Part shown: positions 39,879-52,522 of the stretch, in pieces
Position numbering within the stretch: the first letter of the stretch is position 1
How the letters are laid out: each line of letters starts with the position of its first letter
Assembly (NCBI RefSeq): GCF_006345805.1
Contig: NC_043015.1
Location: 52,018,001-52,082,000 of the forward strand
Direction of reading: 5' to 3'
Length of the DNA stretch: 64,000 nt
Source of the DNA: Octopus sinensis
Lineage: Eukaryota
Notes under the pieces: generated by a model
Told to the model about the DNA's origin: nothing
Databases searched by the model: none
What the model saw: the letters and a program-made list of their open reading frames with translations, nothing else
Made by a program: the position numbers and the translations under genes

Positions 39879-39942
39879 CTATACAATATAAAAAAAACAT
39901 ACTTGTTAGCCTGGTGTAGTTGTACATTTGTACACACTCACT

Positions 39943-39977
<35 letters not shown>

Positions 39978-40077
39978 ATATACACACACGCATAAACACA
40001 CGCATACACACACATATACATATACATATATAACCAGTCGCCATGATTGACCGCTAATTCCACTAGTTATTTTATTC

Positions 40078-40115
40078 TCTTTCTGTTGAAGAGCGTAGGC
40101 TCGAAACGTAAAAGA
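40078..40115 (+). ncRNA. Minimal hammerhead motif with core substitution (CUGUUGA)
   Basis: UCUUU/AAAGA stem I, GAGC-GUAG-GCUC stem II, GAAA-CGUA; A6 replaced by U, likely inactive. Confidence 0.55.
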
Positions 40116-40203
40116 CTTTCTCACCTTCCCGAGCGTCAAACTAATACACCTGTTTGTTGTTTACACACCTCACTTCGTCTTTTGTTTTTCTGTAAATTTC
40201 AAC

Positions 40204-40269
<66 letters not shown>

Positions 40270-40624
40270 CATATATATACATATATATATATATATAAAT
40301 ATGAGTGTGTGTGTGTGTGTGTGTATACATATATATATATATATATGTATGTATATATACAAAGAGAGAGAGAGTGGGATGAAGACTAGTGTGAATGCAG
40401 AATGATGTAACTAACGACTTGACAAGATGGCTGAACGTCAAATTTGATATATATTGTTCGAAAGAATATTTGTTCTGCTTTTGGTTTACATGACAACGGG
40501 TTTTTACAGAGATCGTATTGACTCTTTATGTTTTTTTAACTATAATATATGAGTCTTAGGCCGTAACTAAACACACACGACATAAAAGAAATCACATCAT
40601 ACAGTATGTTTCTGTTTAGTAAGA

Positions 40625-41060
40625 AGGCGAAAGCGTGGCTAAGGAATAAGACATTTGCTTCCCAGGCACATGGTTATGGGTTCAGTCTCATTGCGTGCCA
40701 TGTTAGGAGTGTATTCTACTATTGCCTTAGGTACACCAAACCTTGTGAGTGAACTTTGTAGATGGAAAGAAAACTCGTCGTATATGTGTGTGTGTGTGTG
40801 CATCTATGTGTATGTATGTTTTTATCTGTGTGTGTGTATGTGTGTATGTGCGTGGGTCTATGTGTGCATGTGTTTGGGTTTGTCTATTACAACCTTACAC
40901 AACCGCTGTCAGTTTGTTTACGTCCCCGTTCCACAAGGGCAAACAGAATCGATAGAACATATGCCAGGCTTAAGAATAAGAAAATACTTCGCTTAATTCG
41001 TTGCTTCACATTCTTCATGGCAGTGCCTCAGTATGGCCGGAGTCCAGTCACTGAAACAAG

Positions 41061-41063
<3 letters not shown>
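40625..41063 (+). mobile_element. SINE family B
   Basis: Similarity to family B. Confidence 0.75.
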
Positions 41064-41115
<52 letters not shown>

Positions 41116-41296
41116 AAAGGGCTTAGTAAAATAAATTACTTTGCCGCATACTGAACTCGTTAGAAAATCGCAGCTAAAAAAAACTTTTTATAAAACTATT
41201 TCCAACACTTAAGAAAACCTCTCTCATATAGTGGTTGCTCAATTCAACTCAAGGAAGTATGGGGGAGAGACATTAAAAAATCAAATGACAAAGGTT

Positions 41297-41356
41297 ATTT
41301 GAGTACGTACGTTTCAAGATTAGTCAAAATCGACCCTTCTCTCATCAGCTCAGAAT
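41297..41356 (-). ncRNA. Hammerhead ribozyme motif (inverted copy)
   Basis: Reverse-complement copy of 41832-41895 with the core intact. Confidence 0.65.
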
Positions 41357-41831
41357 GCCCTTGTTTGAATTGAAAACACTGAAAATGGGAGATACCCTTT
41401 CGGCTTGTTATCGCTTCTGAAGATCTGCTCCAACTAACGGTGCCAACCAACTCAAATATGCAAGCGAAGAATTTCTGCTCTCACCTTTCCCACCAGCGTT
41501 ATTTACTAAGCCCTTTTATAAATGTAATAATTTGAATTCGCCTTAAATGGTCCTTTGCATACTGAATATTGTGTGAAATTGATTAATTAATTAATTAATT
41601 TTACCCTCAATGGTTGAAATTATAATTCACTCTCTCTACTTAAGTCTCGGATTTTACCGAAAAAGCATAGTGTTTGCTGATTTAACCCACGCTGGTGGAA
41701 AGGGGGAGCGAAATTCTCGCTTGCATATTTGAGTTTGTTGGCACCGTTAGTTTGGAGCAGATCTTCAGAAGCGATAACAAGCCGAAAGGGTATGCTCCCA
41801 TTTCAGTGGTTTCAAATTCAAAAACAAGGGC

Positions 41832-41895
41832 ATTCTGAGCTGATGAGAGATGAAGGGGTCGATTTTGACTAATCTTGAAACGTACGTACTCAAAT
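41832..41895 (+). ncRNA. Type-I hammerhead ribozyme motif (GUA site)
   Basis: Stem I AUU-C-UGAG/CUCA-AAU, CUGAUGA (41840-46), stem II GAGAU/AUCUU with inner GUC/GAC hairpin, GAAA (41877-80), palindromic ACGUACGU stem III, cleavage predicted after A41888. Confidence 0.75.
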
Positions 41896-42180
41896 AACCT
41901 TTGCATTTGATTTTTTTAATGTCTCTACCCCATACTTCCTTGAGTTGATTGAGCAAACACTATATGAGAGAGGTTTTCTTTAAGTGTTGGAAATAGTTTT
42001 ATAAAAAGTTTTTTTTAGCTGCTATTTCTAACGAGTTCAGTATGCGGCAAAGTAATTTATTTTACAAGCCTTTTATATAATGTAATAATTGAATTCGCCT
42101 TAAATGGTCCCTTTGCATACTGAATACTTGGTGAAATTGATTAATTAATTAATTAATTTTACCCTCAATTGTTGAAATTT

Positions 42181-42216
<36 letters not shown>

Positions 42217-42554
42217 TATATATATATACATTCATATATAGCGGTCGATTTGTTCGACTAAAAGCCTTCACGGCTTGTACCCCAGCATGGCCACAGTCCA
42301 ACGACTAATACAAGTGAAAACTAAGCGATAAAATATGCGCATGACTTTGTTTCTGTGTTTCCTACCTGCAATCCACAACGCTTGGTAACCGCTGATGGTT
42401 TCCTTATGTCCCCGTAACTGAGTTTTTTGGCAACAAGGAGCGAGAAATCGAATGCTTGACTCCAAAAATAAATACTGGAGTGGATTTGTTCGATGACAAA
42501 CTCTTCAAGGCAGGGCCCCATTATAGCCGCTGCCCATCGACAGAAATAATAAAA

Positions 42555-42932
42555 ATATTGTTTTCTACTTTAGGCAAAAGACCCGAAATTTTAAGATCGA
42601 CCCCAGTCCGCAAATGGTACTTATCGACCTCGAAAGGATGAAAGGCAAAGTCAATCTCGGCGGAATTTGAACTGAGAACGTAGCGACAGACGAAATACCT
42701 ATTTCTTTACTACCCACAAGGGGCTAAACACAGAGAGGACAAACAAGGACAGACAAACGGATTAAGTCGATTATATCGACCCTAGTGCGTAACTGTTACT
42801 TAATTTATCGACCCAGAAAGGACGAAAGGCAAAGTCGACCTCGGCGGAATTTGATCTCAGAACGTAGCGGCAGACGAAATACCGGTGAGCATTTCGCCCG
42901 GCGTGCTAAAGTTTCTGACAGGTCGCCGCCTT
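42555..42932 (-). mobile_element. Two abutting SINE family A copies
   Basis: Similarity to family A. Confidence 0.8.
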
Positions 42933-42952
42933 TAAATAATCTTTCCTGCTCT

Positions 42953-44027
42953 AGGCACAAGGCCAGAAATTTTGTGGGACGGGAGCTAGACGATTAGATC
43001 GACCCCAGTGCGCAACTGGTACTTAATTTATCAACCCCGAGAGGATGAAAGGCAAAGTCTCCCTTGGCAGAATTTGAACTCAGAACGTAAAAACAGACGA
43101 AATGCCGCTAAGCATTTCGCCCGGCATGTTAACGTTTCAACCAGCTCGCCGCCATATTAAGTATAGTATAATACAATATATCTTGCTTTATATACGAACA
43201 ATCATAGCTTTTGAGACAGTTGAACGATATATGTCATTGTATCAAATCCAGCACGGTTTATCTAACATCTGAAGGAACTGCATCTTCTCATATAACAATT
43301 ATAATAGGCACAAGGCCCGAAATTTTTTTGGTGGGGGCGGCGGGAGCTAGTCGATTAGATCGACCCCAGTGCGCAAATGTTACTTAACTTATCAACCCCG
43401 AGAGGATGAAAGGCAAAGTCGAACTTGGCAGAATTTGAACTCAGAACGTAAAAACAGACTAAATGCCGCTAAGCATTTCGCCCGGCATGTTAACGTTTCA
43501 GCCGGCTCACCGCCATATTAAGTATAGTATAGTACAATATATCTTGCTTTATATACGAACAATCATAGCTTTTGAGACAGTTGAACGATATACGTCATTG
43601 TATCAAATCCAGCACGGTTTATCTAACATCTGAAGGAAATGCACCTTCTCATATAACAATTATAATAGGCACAAGGCCCGATATTTTTTGGGTGGGGGCG
43701 GCGGGAGCTAGTCGATTAGATCGACCCCAGTGCGCAAATGTTACTTAATTTATCAACCCCGAGAGGATGAAAGGCAAAGTCACCCTTGGCAGAATTTGAA
43801 CTCAGAACGTAAAAACAGACTAAATGCCGCTAAGCATTTCGCCCGGCATGTTAACGTTTCAGCCGGCTCACCGCCATATTAAGTATAGTATAGTACAATA
43901 TATCTTGCTTTATATACGAACAATCATAGCTTTTGAGACAGTTGAACGATATACGTCATTGTATCAAATCCAGCACGGTTTATCTAACATCTGAAGGAAA
44001 TGCACCTTCTCATATAACAATTATAAT
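42953..44027. repeat. Three tandem about 360-bp units, each a SINE A copy plus about 150 bp of unique sequence
   Basis: Units start at 42953, 43306 and 43667; units 2 and 3 are nearly identical. Confidence 0.92.
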
Positions 44028-44257
44028 AGACATTTAACTGTTGGCCATGATTTATGTGTCGTTTTCCGATCATTTAATTCTAATGACGGTGGATATAGAC
44101 ATTTTAACAGCACAGTACAGTATTATTTACCGTAGATCTTTACTTGAGCATAAAGTTTCCTTCATAGCTATGATAAATCAAATTTGGATATAAACTCTGG
44201 GAGAAATAACACTTCGTTTCTTTATCTTTATGACTAATAGATTTGAGTGGATTTGGT

Positions 44258-44421
44258 AGGCACAGGAGCAGCGGTGTGGTAAGAAGCTTGCTTCCCAACC
44301 ACATGGTTGCGGGTTCAGTTCCACTGCGCGGGATCTTCGGCAAGTGTCTTTTGCTATATCCTCATGCCGTTCAAAGCCTTGTGAGTGGATTTGGTAAACG
44401 GAAACTGAAAGAAGCCCGTCG

Positions 44422-44458
<37 letters not shown>

Positions 44459-44840
44459 TTGTGTGCCTGTGTTTGCACACACCCTCCACCATCACTTGAC
44501 AACCGATGTTGGTGTGTTTACGTCCCTGTAACTTAGCAGTTCGGCAAAAGCGCCCTGGGGTCGAAGTCAAATGACGGAAATAAGTAAAAGAATAAAAGAA
44601 TCATACTAAACAGAAAGAAGCCCGAAAATATGTATATGTGTGGGGTCTGTGTATATGTTTGTGTGTGTGTGTACGACAGTGTGTTACGTCCCCTTTAAAT
44701 AGCGGTTCGGCAAAAAGATACTGATACAATAACTAGCTGGCCTAAATAGAACTACTGCGGTCGATTCGTTTCGCTAAAATTTTTCAAGCTGTGCTCCAGT
44801 ATGGCCGCTGTTAGATGACTGCAACAAATAAAAGAATAAA
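44258..44840 (+). mobile_element. SINE family B copy followed by a second 3' fragment
   Basis: Similarity to family B. Confidence 0.75.
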
Positions 44841-45141
44841 CCAATCTACACGATCTCTAAGTTATTCGACACGAACCGGCGCCGTGCTGTTTATTTTTTG
44901 TATTAAAAAAGTCAATTCCCGTCTCTTCTGTCTCTTATAATTATCAACTAATGCTTTTACGTTCATAAATTCACACGATCAAATTAATTTTCTCTTTTTT
45001 CTCATTAATAATTCTCATCAATATATGTAATACGCTGTTTGCCATCAATATATTATTTACTTCGCTATACGTATTTGCACTTGATGTACTATTAATTACC
45101 TTACTTCCATGTTCCTCTCTATTCCACTATTATCTTTTTAG

Positions 45142-45301
45142 ATTCAACTGAGAGGTACCGTATTCATTGTCAGCCTGTTTATACGACAAGCATTTATCCC
45201 TTGTTTTAAACAGAACCAAAAGTAACAGAAGAAACGAACAGAAACGATTTGAAGTTACAGATTTAGACTTCAGGAGTCCGACGTGTGTTGGAGCCGCTTA
45301 A
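45142..45301 (+). CDS. Candidate terminal exon(s): (D)STERYRIHCQPVYTTSIYPLF* (45142-45209) or TKSNRRNEQKRFEVTDLDFRSPTCVGAA* (45214-45301), unverified
   Basis: Two pyrimidine-rich acceptors (ATCTTTTTAG|, TTGTTTTAAACAG|), each opening a short frame to a stop, followed by repeat-free 3'UTR-like sequence. Confidence 0.25.
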
Positions 45302-45562
45302 TTATCTACACACGAAATATAGTTCTTCATGAACTTTTGCTGTGAAAGTGAAGAGTAAGGCTTAATGTGTGCATTTGTAGCTTTTGTTTGGAATGTGTCA
45401 AATCTGTTGTAAATGCGAATATTTTGCATAAACTAAATCTGCTTTCCCTTGACAATCTTCAGAAAATGTATGTAACCTGTTTGTAAGATCGTGAACCCAG
45501 GTGTAAATATGCATATATATACTTGTAGTTTTTAAGATACATACATGTACGGCATTTCTCTC

Positions 45563-45918
45563 TTTTTTTCTCTCTTTTACTTGTTTCAGTCATATGACTG
45601 CGGCCATGCTGGAGCACCGCCTTTATTCGAGCAACTCGACCCCGGGACTTATTCTTTTGTAAGCCCAGTACTTATTCTATCGGTCTCTTTTGCCGAACTG
45701 CTAGTTAACGGGGACATAAACACACCAGCATCGGTTGTCAAGCAATGCTAGGGGGGACAAACACACACGCATATATGTACATATATACGACGAGCTTCTT
45801 TCAGTTTCTGTCTACCAAATCCACTCACAAGGCTTTGATCGGCCCGAGGCTATAGTAGAAGACACCTGCCGAAGGTACCACGCAGTGGGATTGAACCCGG
45901 AACCATGTGGTTGGTAAA
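45563..45918 (-). mobile_element. SINE family B
   Basis: High similarity to 11406-11825. Confidence 0.85.
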
Positions 45919-46071
45919 CAAGGGATTTGTGGAATAATGAAAAGCATTTATGGTATAATGTGGAAAAACGAGTGACTCACTGACTACAACATACTCTACT
46001 TATTAAGAGCAATCAAAACCGTGTAATATTTGGGGAGTGACAAAATACGCAATTGTTTAATTTTTCTATTA

Positions 46072-46382
46072 GTCACTTCCTCGTCACCGGAATAATGCTT
46101 GCCTCTCAAACTCTCTTTCACGGGGCCGAAGAGATGATAGTCCAGCGACGAGGAAATGAAAACTATAGTGAAGAAGTGGCTCAAAGAATAGTCAACAGAA
46201 TTTTACGACGCAGGGATACATGCTCTCATTCGATGGTGGAACATTGCTATTGAGAGAAACAGTGACTACGTTGAGAAGTAGGGATGTGATCCACAAGGGT
46301 CATTTTGATGTATGATACACATTCCTGTGTTGGTAATTATACCTGTCCTAAACAAAATGGCATTACTTTTTGACTCACCCTC
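46072..46382 (+). mobile_element. Mariner 3' fragment with internal inversion and right TIR
   Basis: Minus 46072-46142 gives DYHLFGPVKESLRGKHYSGDEEV; plus 46147 onward gives DEEMKTIVKKWLKE*STEFYDAGIHALIRWWNIAIERNSDYVEK*; TIR TTACTTTTTGACTCACCCTC then ATA. Confidence 0.85.
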
Positions 46383-47053
46383 ATATATATATATATATAC
46401 ATACACACACACACACACACACAGACACACGAACACACACACACATATATAAATACGTATATATAAATTACATTCTATTTTTACTAATTGAAACCTTTTA
46501 CTGGTTTCATTGATTGAACTATAGTTATTTGTGGCTTTACCTATCAAGGGTTTTAGTTGAATCATGTTTAAATTTCAGATTGGTATTTATTTTATCGATC
46601 TATAAATCATGAAGTTTGGGATGTAAATAAACACACCACTGTATTCCGGTTTACATCGGGCCTCCAGCGAAATCTTCCACAAGAAATTTTCTTAGCTTTA
46701 GGACAACTGTAAGTTATTTTTCTCCAAAATAATGCACGGAGGAAAACACCAAGGCCCACATATTTGCGATCTAATCCCTCTATTATATACCTGTATTTGC
46801 TCATATCTCTAGATTTCTCTACGATTAATCTAGAAGATTCGCAACATTGCTATTTGGACTCCATATTCTTGTTTTAGAGGAAGTGTTTGAGCAATTTACC
46901 GAGATATAATGGATAAATCTCTGCAAAATCTGCCTATTTATTCTCACATGTAGAGGAAAGGTGATGAACTAGATGAAACAAAGACACAAATACAGATATA
47001 TAGATATATATATATATACTTATATATATATGTGTATGTGTACGTGTATGTGT

Positions 47054-47088
<35 letters not shown>

Positions 47089-47656
47089 CGTGCGTAAATT
47101 ACTCGCTTTTAGTTTCCTCTGCGATGTCGACACACAAGGCTTCGGTCGCTCCAAGGAAAGAGCAGACGACACTTTGTCAAAGTGTCACCGAATGGGATTG
47201 AACACGGAACCATTTGGTTGGGAAGTATGCTTCTTAGGAAGGCAGCTACGAATTTCGGACACAAGAGTGCATCACATGCTGAAATATTAAAACGCGATAT
47301 ACCATTTGTACCCACGATTCTCATTAAGTAGACACAAAATTGAGATTCAGCAAACACAAATTAGTAGGTTCATATGTCATAGCAAACAGCTATAAAGAAA
47401 ACGTTACTACATTACATTTATTTAAAATATATAGAACAGTGCAGCTATATACAAACGGATTGAAAAAAAAGAAAAAAATTATTTTAGTTATTACATATTG
47501 ATAACATCGTATTGCTAAGAAGAAAATTAGAATGTATTTGAATATCCATATTTATTCATTTGTGATAAACAGTGAAATGACACTCGAGAACTGTGCAAAA
47601 ACATAAGGTCTAAGTTTTAAGTAATCATACAAGGTACTTATGCGTGTGTGTGTGTT

Positions 47657-47742
<86 letters not shown>

Positions 47743-47820
47743 TTACAAATGCAGATTTGCACCTATATACATGCATATATATAGTCACACACATGCACAC
47801 AGACACGCGCTAATTTATGT

Positions 47821-47865
<45 letters not shown>

Positions 47866-47969
47866 GGAGAAAGATACGTAGATGCATAGATATTTATATA
47901 CACATATACACAAAGAAATATATTCATGTATATATGTTAACAAAACCAAGATATATTTCAACATATATA

Positions 47970-48035
<66 letters not shown>

Positions 48036-48652
48036 ATATAATATATATATATATATTATATATATATATATATTTATGTATGTATGTATATATATATATA
48101 TTGGTCCCAAGTTTGTATATGCATATATTTTTTTATGATCATGTGTTAGTGCGTGAGTGTATTTCACCACACGTTCACACACACATACTTACGCAATTAC
48201 ACATACACACACATACGATGCCACACACTCACACATATACACACACATATGGCAGCAGATAATTTTCACAATTGCAAATTGAGCTTCAGTTTACTTAATA
48301 TATCGTTATATTGTAGGCGCCAAATTTCCATTTTGTTTTGTGTTACAAATAATATATAAATAAGAAAAAAAAAATGAAATTTACTAAACAAATAAAAGAA
48401 AACATATTTACTGATAGAATCAAAATGCAACAGATTATCGACTCTGATAAACCGCATGCTGCCCATCTTCAACTTGAGAAACAAAGCCACTAATATATTT
48501 TATTAGATTTCTTCAACATATTATTATGGTCTATGTTCTTTTTTATTAAACAACTTAACCAATGATCAAATTAGGTTATCCATTTCCTTTTCTAGCACCC
48601 TAGTGATCGTTGTACGTGGTGAAGTTGTTTCTCTCTCTTCACTTCTCTCTCA

Positions 48653-48711
<59 letters not shown>

Positions 48712-48760
48712 TCTCCTTCTCGCTTTCACTTACTATCAATTTATCTATATCTCTGTCTGC

Positions 48761-48871
<111 letters not shown>

Positions 48872-48878
48872 ATATCTG

Positions 48879-48929
<51 letters not shown>

Positions 48930-48930
48930 G

Positions 48931-49003
<73 letters not shown>

Positions 49004-49687
49004 ATCTGTTTGTCTCTTTGCTTATATATATATATTGGCATATATGGAGAGCACAAGTGTATTCCCATGCAGGAAAAATATAGGAGAATTTGTTTAAGGG
49101 TTTGGAATGTACCTGTATAAAAAAATAGTAATAGATTTATTTAAATACCAAACCGGTTTTGACAATTTTTATTTATCAATGCTACAAATATACATAATAT
49201 ACATGAACGAACAGTCTAAATCTGCGACATATATGCTGCATATATATACATAAACATACATAGCATGGCTTAGTGGATCTAGAGCACGTGGTTTCTGTTC
49301 CCGGACCGAGCAGGGCGTTGGTTTTTTTGAGGAATCTTATTATATTTATATTACTATCAATCAAAGTAACGTACTCGGACATGGATACAGGATATATAGC
49401 TGCGACGATGTAAACAAACAAACACTGTTTGTCAAATGGTGGTTATGAACAAGCACATGGATATGTATATATATGTGTGTATGTGTGCGTGTGTGTATGT
49501 ACCTGTGTGCGCGTGTATATGTATGTATGTGTATATGAGTGTGCCAGTATATGTATGTTTGTATGTGAGGTGTATATATATGTGTGTGTGTGTAAGTGGG
49601 TGTGTAGGTGTATATGTATGTGTATATGAGTGTTTCTGTATATGTATGTTTGTATGTGTGTGTGTATCTATCTATCTATATCTATAA

Positions 49688-49729
<42 letters not shown>

Positions 49730-50127
49730 CTGTGTGTGTGTTTGTGTGTGTGTGTGTGTATGTGTGTATGTATGCATGTGTGTGTACACGTAATGAACCA
49801 GCCGACATAGAGTGGATTCAACATAAAATCACGCAAATTCGATAAAACAAATACAGCTTTGTGAACAGTCTATAAACACAATAAAGTTTTTCAATTATTA
49901 AGCGGGAAATTTCGAAACCGGTTTCTTCTATGTTTACGCATTTGTCCTAATTTACCTTTTCGACAACGACCCCTTAAGAAGCCATACTCGTTAAAAAATT
50001 TATACATTTTACAACAAGGGATTTCCTTGGTCATATGTATTCATTTGTTAAACCTTTTGAATTAATAATCTTGAAATTAACGTTATTCTACAGACTGAGT
50101 ATTCCCGTAGAGGCGAGTAAAAAAAAG

Positions 50128-50330
50128 TGGCATTCCATCGGTTACGACAACGTGTGTTCCTGTTAATCAAATCAATGGAACAGCCTGCTCGTGAAATTAA
50201 TATGCAAGTGGCCGAGCACTCTTCAGACAAGCGTATTCTTAATGTAGTTCTCAGGCACAATCAGCGTGACTTAGAATGAAACTACAAGGTTGGCCATTTG
50301 AATTACAAGTAGAGCTCAGTTTTGCCAGCT
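50128..50330 (-). mobile_element. SINE family C, 3' fragment
   Basis: Similarity to 6622-6800. Confidence 0.7.
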
Positions 50331-50724
50331 GAAATGCCTGCAGCAATGTGAAAAAATGCGCGTTGCTAAAGGATACAATGCATTGCTGAGAATTGAACCC
50401 ACGTTTTGATGATCGCCAGCCGATCGAAACACAGACGTGTATTCTTCAGGCAACTCTTATACTGAACCAGTGTGATATAATTTGATAAGATAGGAATTCT
50501 GAAGACTGGCATAATCCAGCAATGGATGAAAAGGACAAGACGCAATTACCCGTATATTTTGGTTTGAAATTTGACACAAGGCCAGCAATTTCGGAGGAGG
50601 GCCTAAGTCAATCAAGTCGACCTCAGTGCTTGGCTTTTACTTGCTCTATCGATTCTGAAAAGGGATGAACTCGAAGCCGACTCCGGTGGCATATGAATCA
50701 TGAATGTAAAGACAAACAAAATGC

Positions 50725-51057
50725 TGCTAAGAATCTTGTCCGGCATGCTAAAGATTCTACCTGCTAGCCGCCTCATTTTACTTGTACATGAACCCCGAAA
50801 GGATTAAGAGCAAAGCTGACTCTAATCCAATATGAACTAAGGATACTCATTGCGTCACGAATACCACTATGCACTTTATCTGACAAATGAAAAGTTGCTA
50901 AGCATTTTGCCCGGCGTGCTAATGGTTCTGCCTCCTCGTCGCCTCATTTTCCTTGTATGTGGGCCCCGAAAGAATTATAAGCAAAGCTAACCCTAATCCA
51001 GTTTGAACTAAGGATGCACATTGCCGTCGCGAATACTACTATGCACTTTATCTGAAG
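50725..51057. repeat. Old tandem duplication of an about 171-bp unit starting in a SINE A head
   Basis: TGCTAAG...CGCCTCATTT...CCCCGAAAG...GCAAAGCT...GAACTAAGGAT...CTATGCACTTTATCTGA occurs twice. Confidence 0.75.
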
Positions 51058-51344
51058 CTTTAATGATTTAAATATTAATTGGTATTTGCAACCATAATTG
51101 GTTGCGAATATTTTGACGATAATTATAATCGATCAGGTCTGGGCTGGGACAAAACAACAACGATAGCAATAACTGTGGGGAAGGCATGACAAATTATGAT
51201 TTAAGATACCATATTCAAGTGTTATTGGAGAATGTGCCGCAGTTTGAATGTCAGCAGCATAACAACTATTAGAAGAAATAATTGCCAGGATTATTAAGAT
51301 TAAGCCTTGCGTTAATTAATAGTAACTACAATATGAAAGTGGAA

Positions 51345-51840
51345 GCAATGCGGCGAGATGGGGGAATCGTTAGGACGCCGAGTGAAATGCTTAGCAGTAT
51401 TTCGTCAGTCTTTATGCTCTGAGTTCAAATTCCGCTGAGGTCGACTTTGCCTTTCATCCTTTCGGAGTTGGTAAATTACGTACGAGTTGCGTACTGGAGT
51501 CGATCTAATCGACTGGCCCCCTCCCGCAAAATTTCGGGCCTTGTGTCTAGAGTAGAAAAGAATATAAAAGTGGAAGCACCTGGCCTAGTGATTAGAGCAG
51601 CGGACTCGCAGTGGATGGATCGCGGGTTCGAATCTCAGACCGGGCGATGTGTGAGTTTATTAGCGAAGCACCTAAGCTCCACGCGACTCCGACAGAAGAT
51701 AATGGCGAACTTCTGCTGACTCCCTCGCCACAACTTTCTCTCACTCTTTCACCTCGTCCAGGCAGGGAACCTATGCGCCAATGACACTGGGAAACCGACC
51801 CTTATGAGCCAAGTATAGCTCGAGAAGGAACAAACAACAA
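51345..51840 (+). mobile_element. SINE family A (51345-51562) followed by a family C-type head with a different tail (51568-51840)
   Basis: Family motifs; B box GGTTCGAATC in the second element. Confidence 0.75.
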
Positions 51841-52244
51841 CACTATATGAAATCTTAATGGACAGTTTGGAATAAATTTGCTGGCTCTGCAAGAAAATTT
51901 GATCTGAAGGGAAAAGATGACGAGATTTCTTTTATTGTACTTTTAAAATGTCTTATAGGAACAACGGTTGTTGACTTCGTTGTCAATAGTGAATATTTGA
52001 TCGAGTGGCAATTTATTGGTACAAATTGCTTCTGGATTCTAACACATCGGCTGATCTTTGTTCGTGCATAATTAACACGTAATGCTTGGCACTTAGCTAT
52101 ATGCATGAAAATATTATTAAGAGTACACAAATACAGTCACACAATCACACATATATAAATAGATGCAAACATGCATACATATTTCAGGTCTTGCGCCTAC
52201 AAGAGAAAGGATTTATAAAGGCAGAATTGTTAGCACATCGAACA

Positions 52245-52522
52245 ACATCGACGGATATTTGTACTCATCTTGTTTGTTGTTAACACAACGTTTCGGCTGA
52301 TATACCCTCCAGCCTTCTTCAGGTGTCTTGAGAAAATTTCAAACCTGGATTCTCATTCCTAAGTGCATTCGATGTTGTTATTATTATTATTGTTGTTATT
52401 ATTGTTATTATTATTGTTATTATTATTATCATTACTATTGTTCAGGTCACTGCTTGGAATCGAACTCGGAATCTTGGTATTAGTAGCCCGCGTTCTTCAC
52501 TAATACGCTATATGCCCGAGGG
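52245..52522 (-). mobile_element. Hammerhead-type SINE copy with intact ribozyme motif
   Basis: Same family as 1003-1305. Confidence 0.85.
52282..52327 (-). ncRNA. Minimal type-I hammerhead ribozyme motif (GUU site) inside a SINE
   Basis: GACAC-CUGAAGA-A-GGCUG-GAGGGUAUAU-CAGCC-GAAA-CGUU-GUGUU: stem I GACAC/GUGUU, stem II 5 bp, palindromic ACGU stem III. Confidence 0.75.

Larger units (their letters stand above)
41110..42185. repeat. Inverted-plus-direct duplication: rc(A)-B-C-A-B (A about 390 bp, B about 125 bp)
   Basis: 41110-41497 is the reverse complement of 41688-42075; 41500-41625 repeats at 42060-42185; the copies differ mostly by indels. Confidence 0.85.

Noticed and set aside
42953-44027. 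Regularly spaced repeats that might suggest a CRISPR-like array
   Set aside because: Whole units including the spacers are duplicated; eukaryotic SINE-derived; no cas genes.
51568-51645. tRNA-like sequences (also 9715-9790, 53255-53310 and all SINE heads)
   Set aside because: They lack a complete cloverleaf and continue into SINE bodies; not functional tRNA genes.
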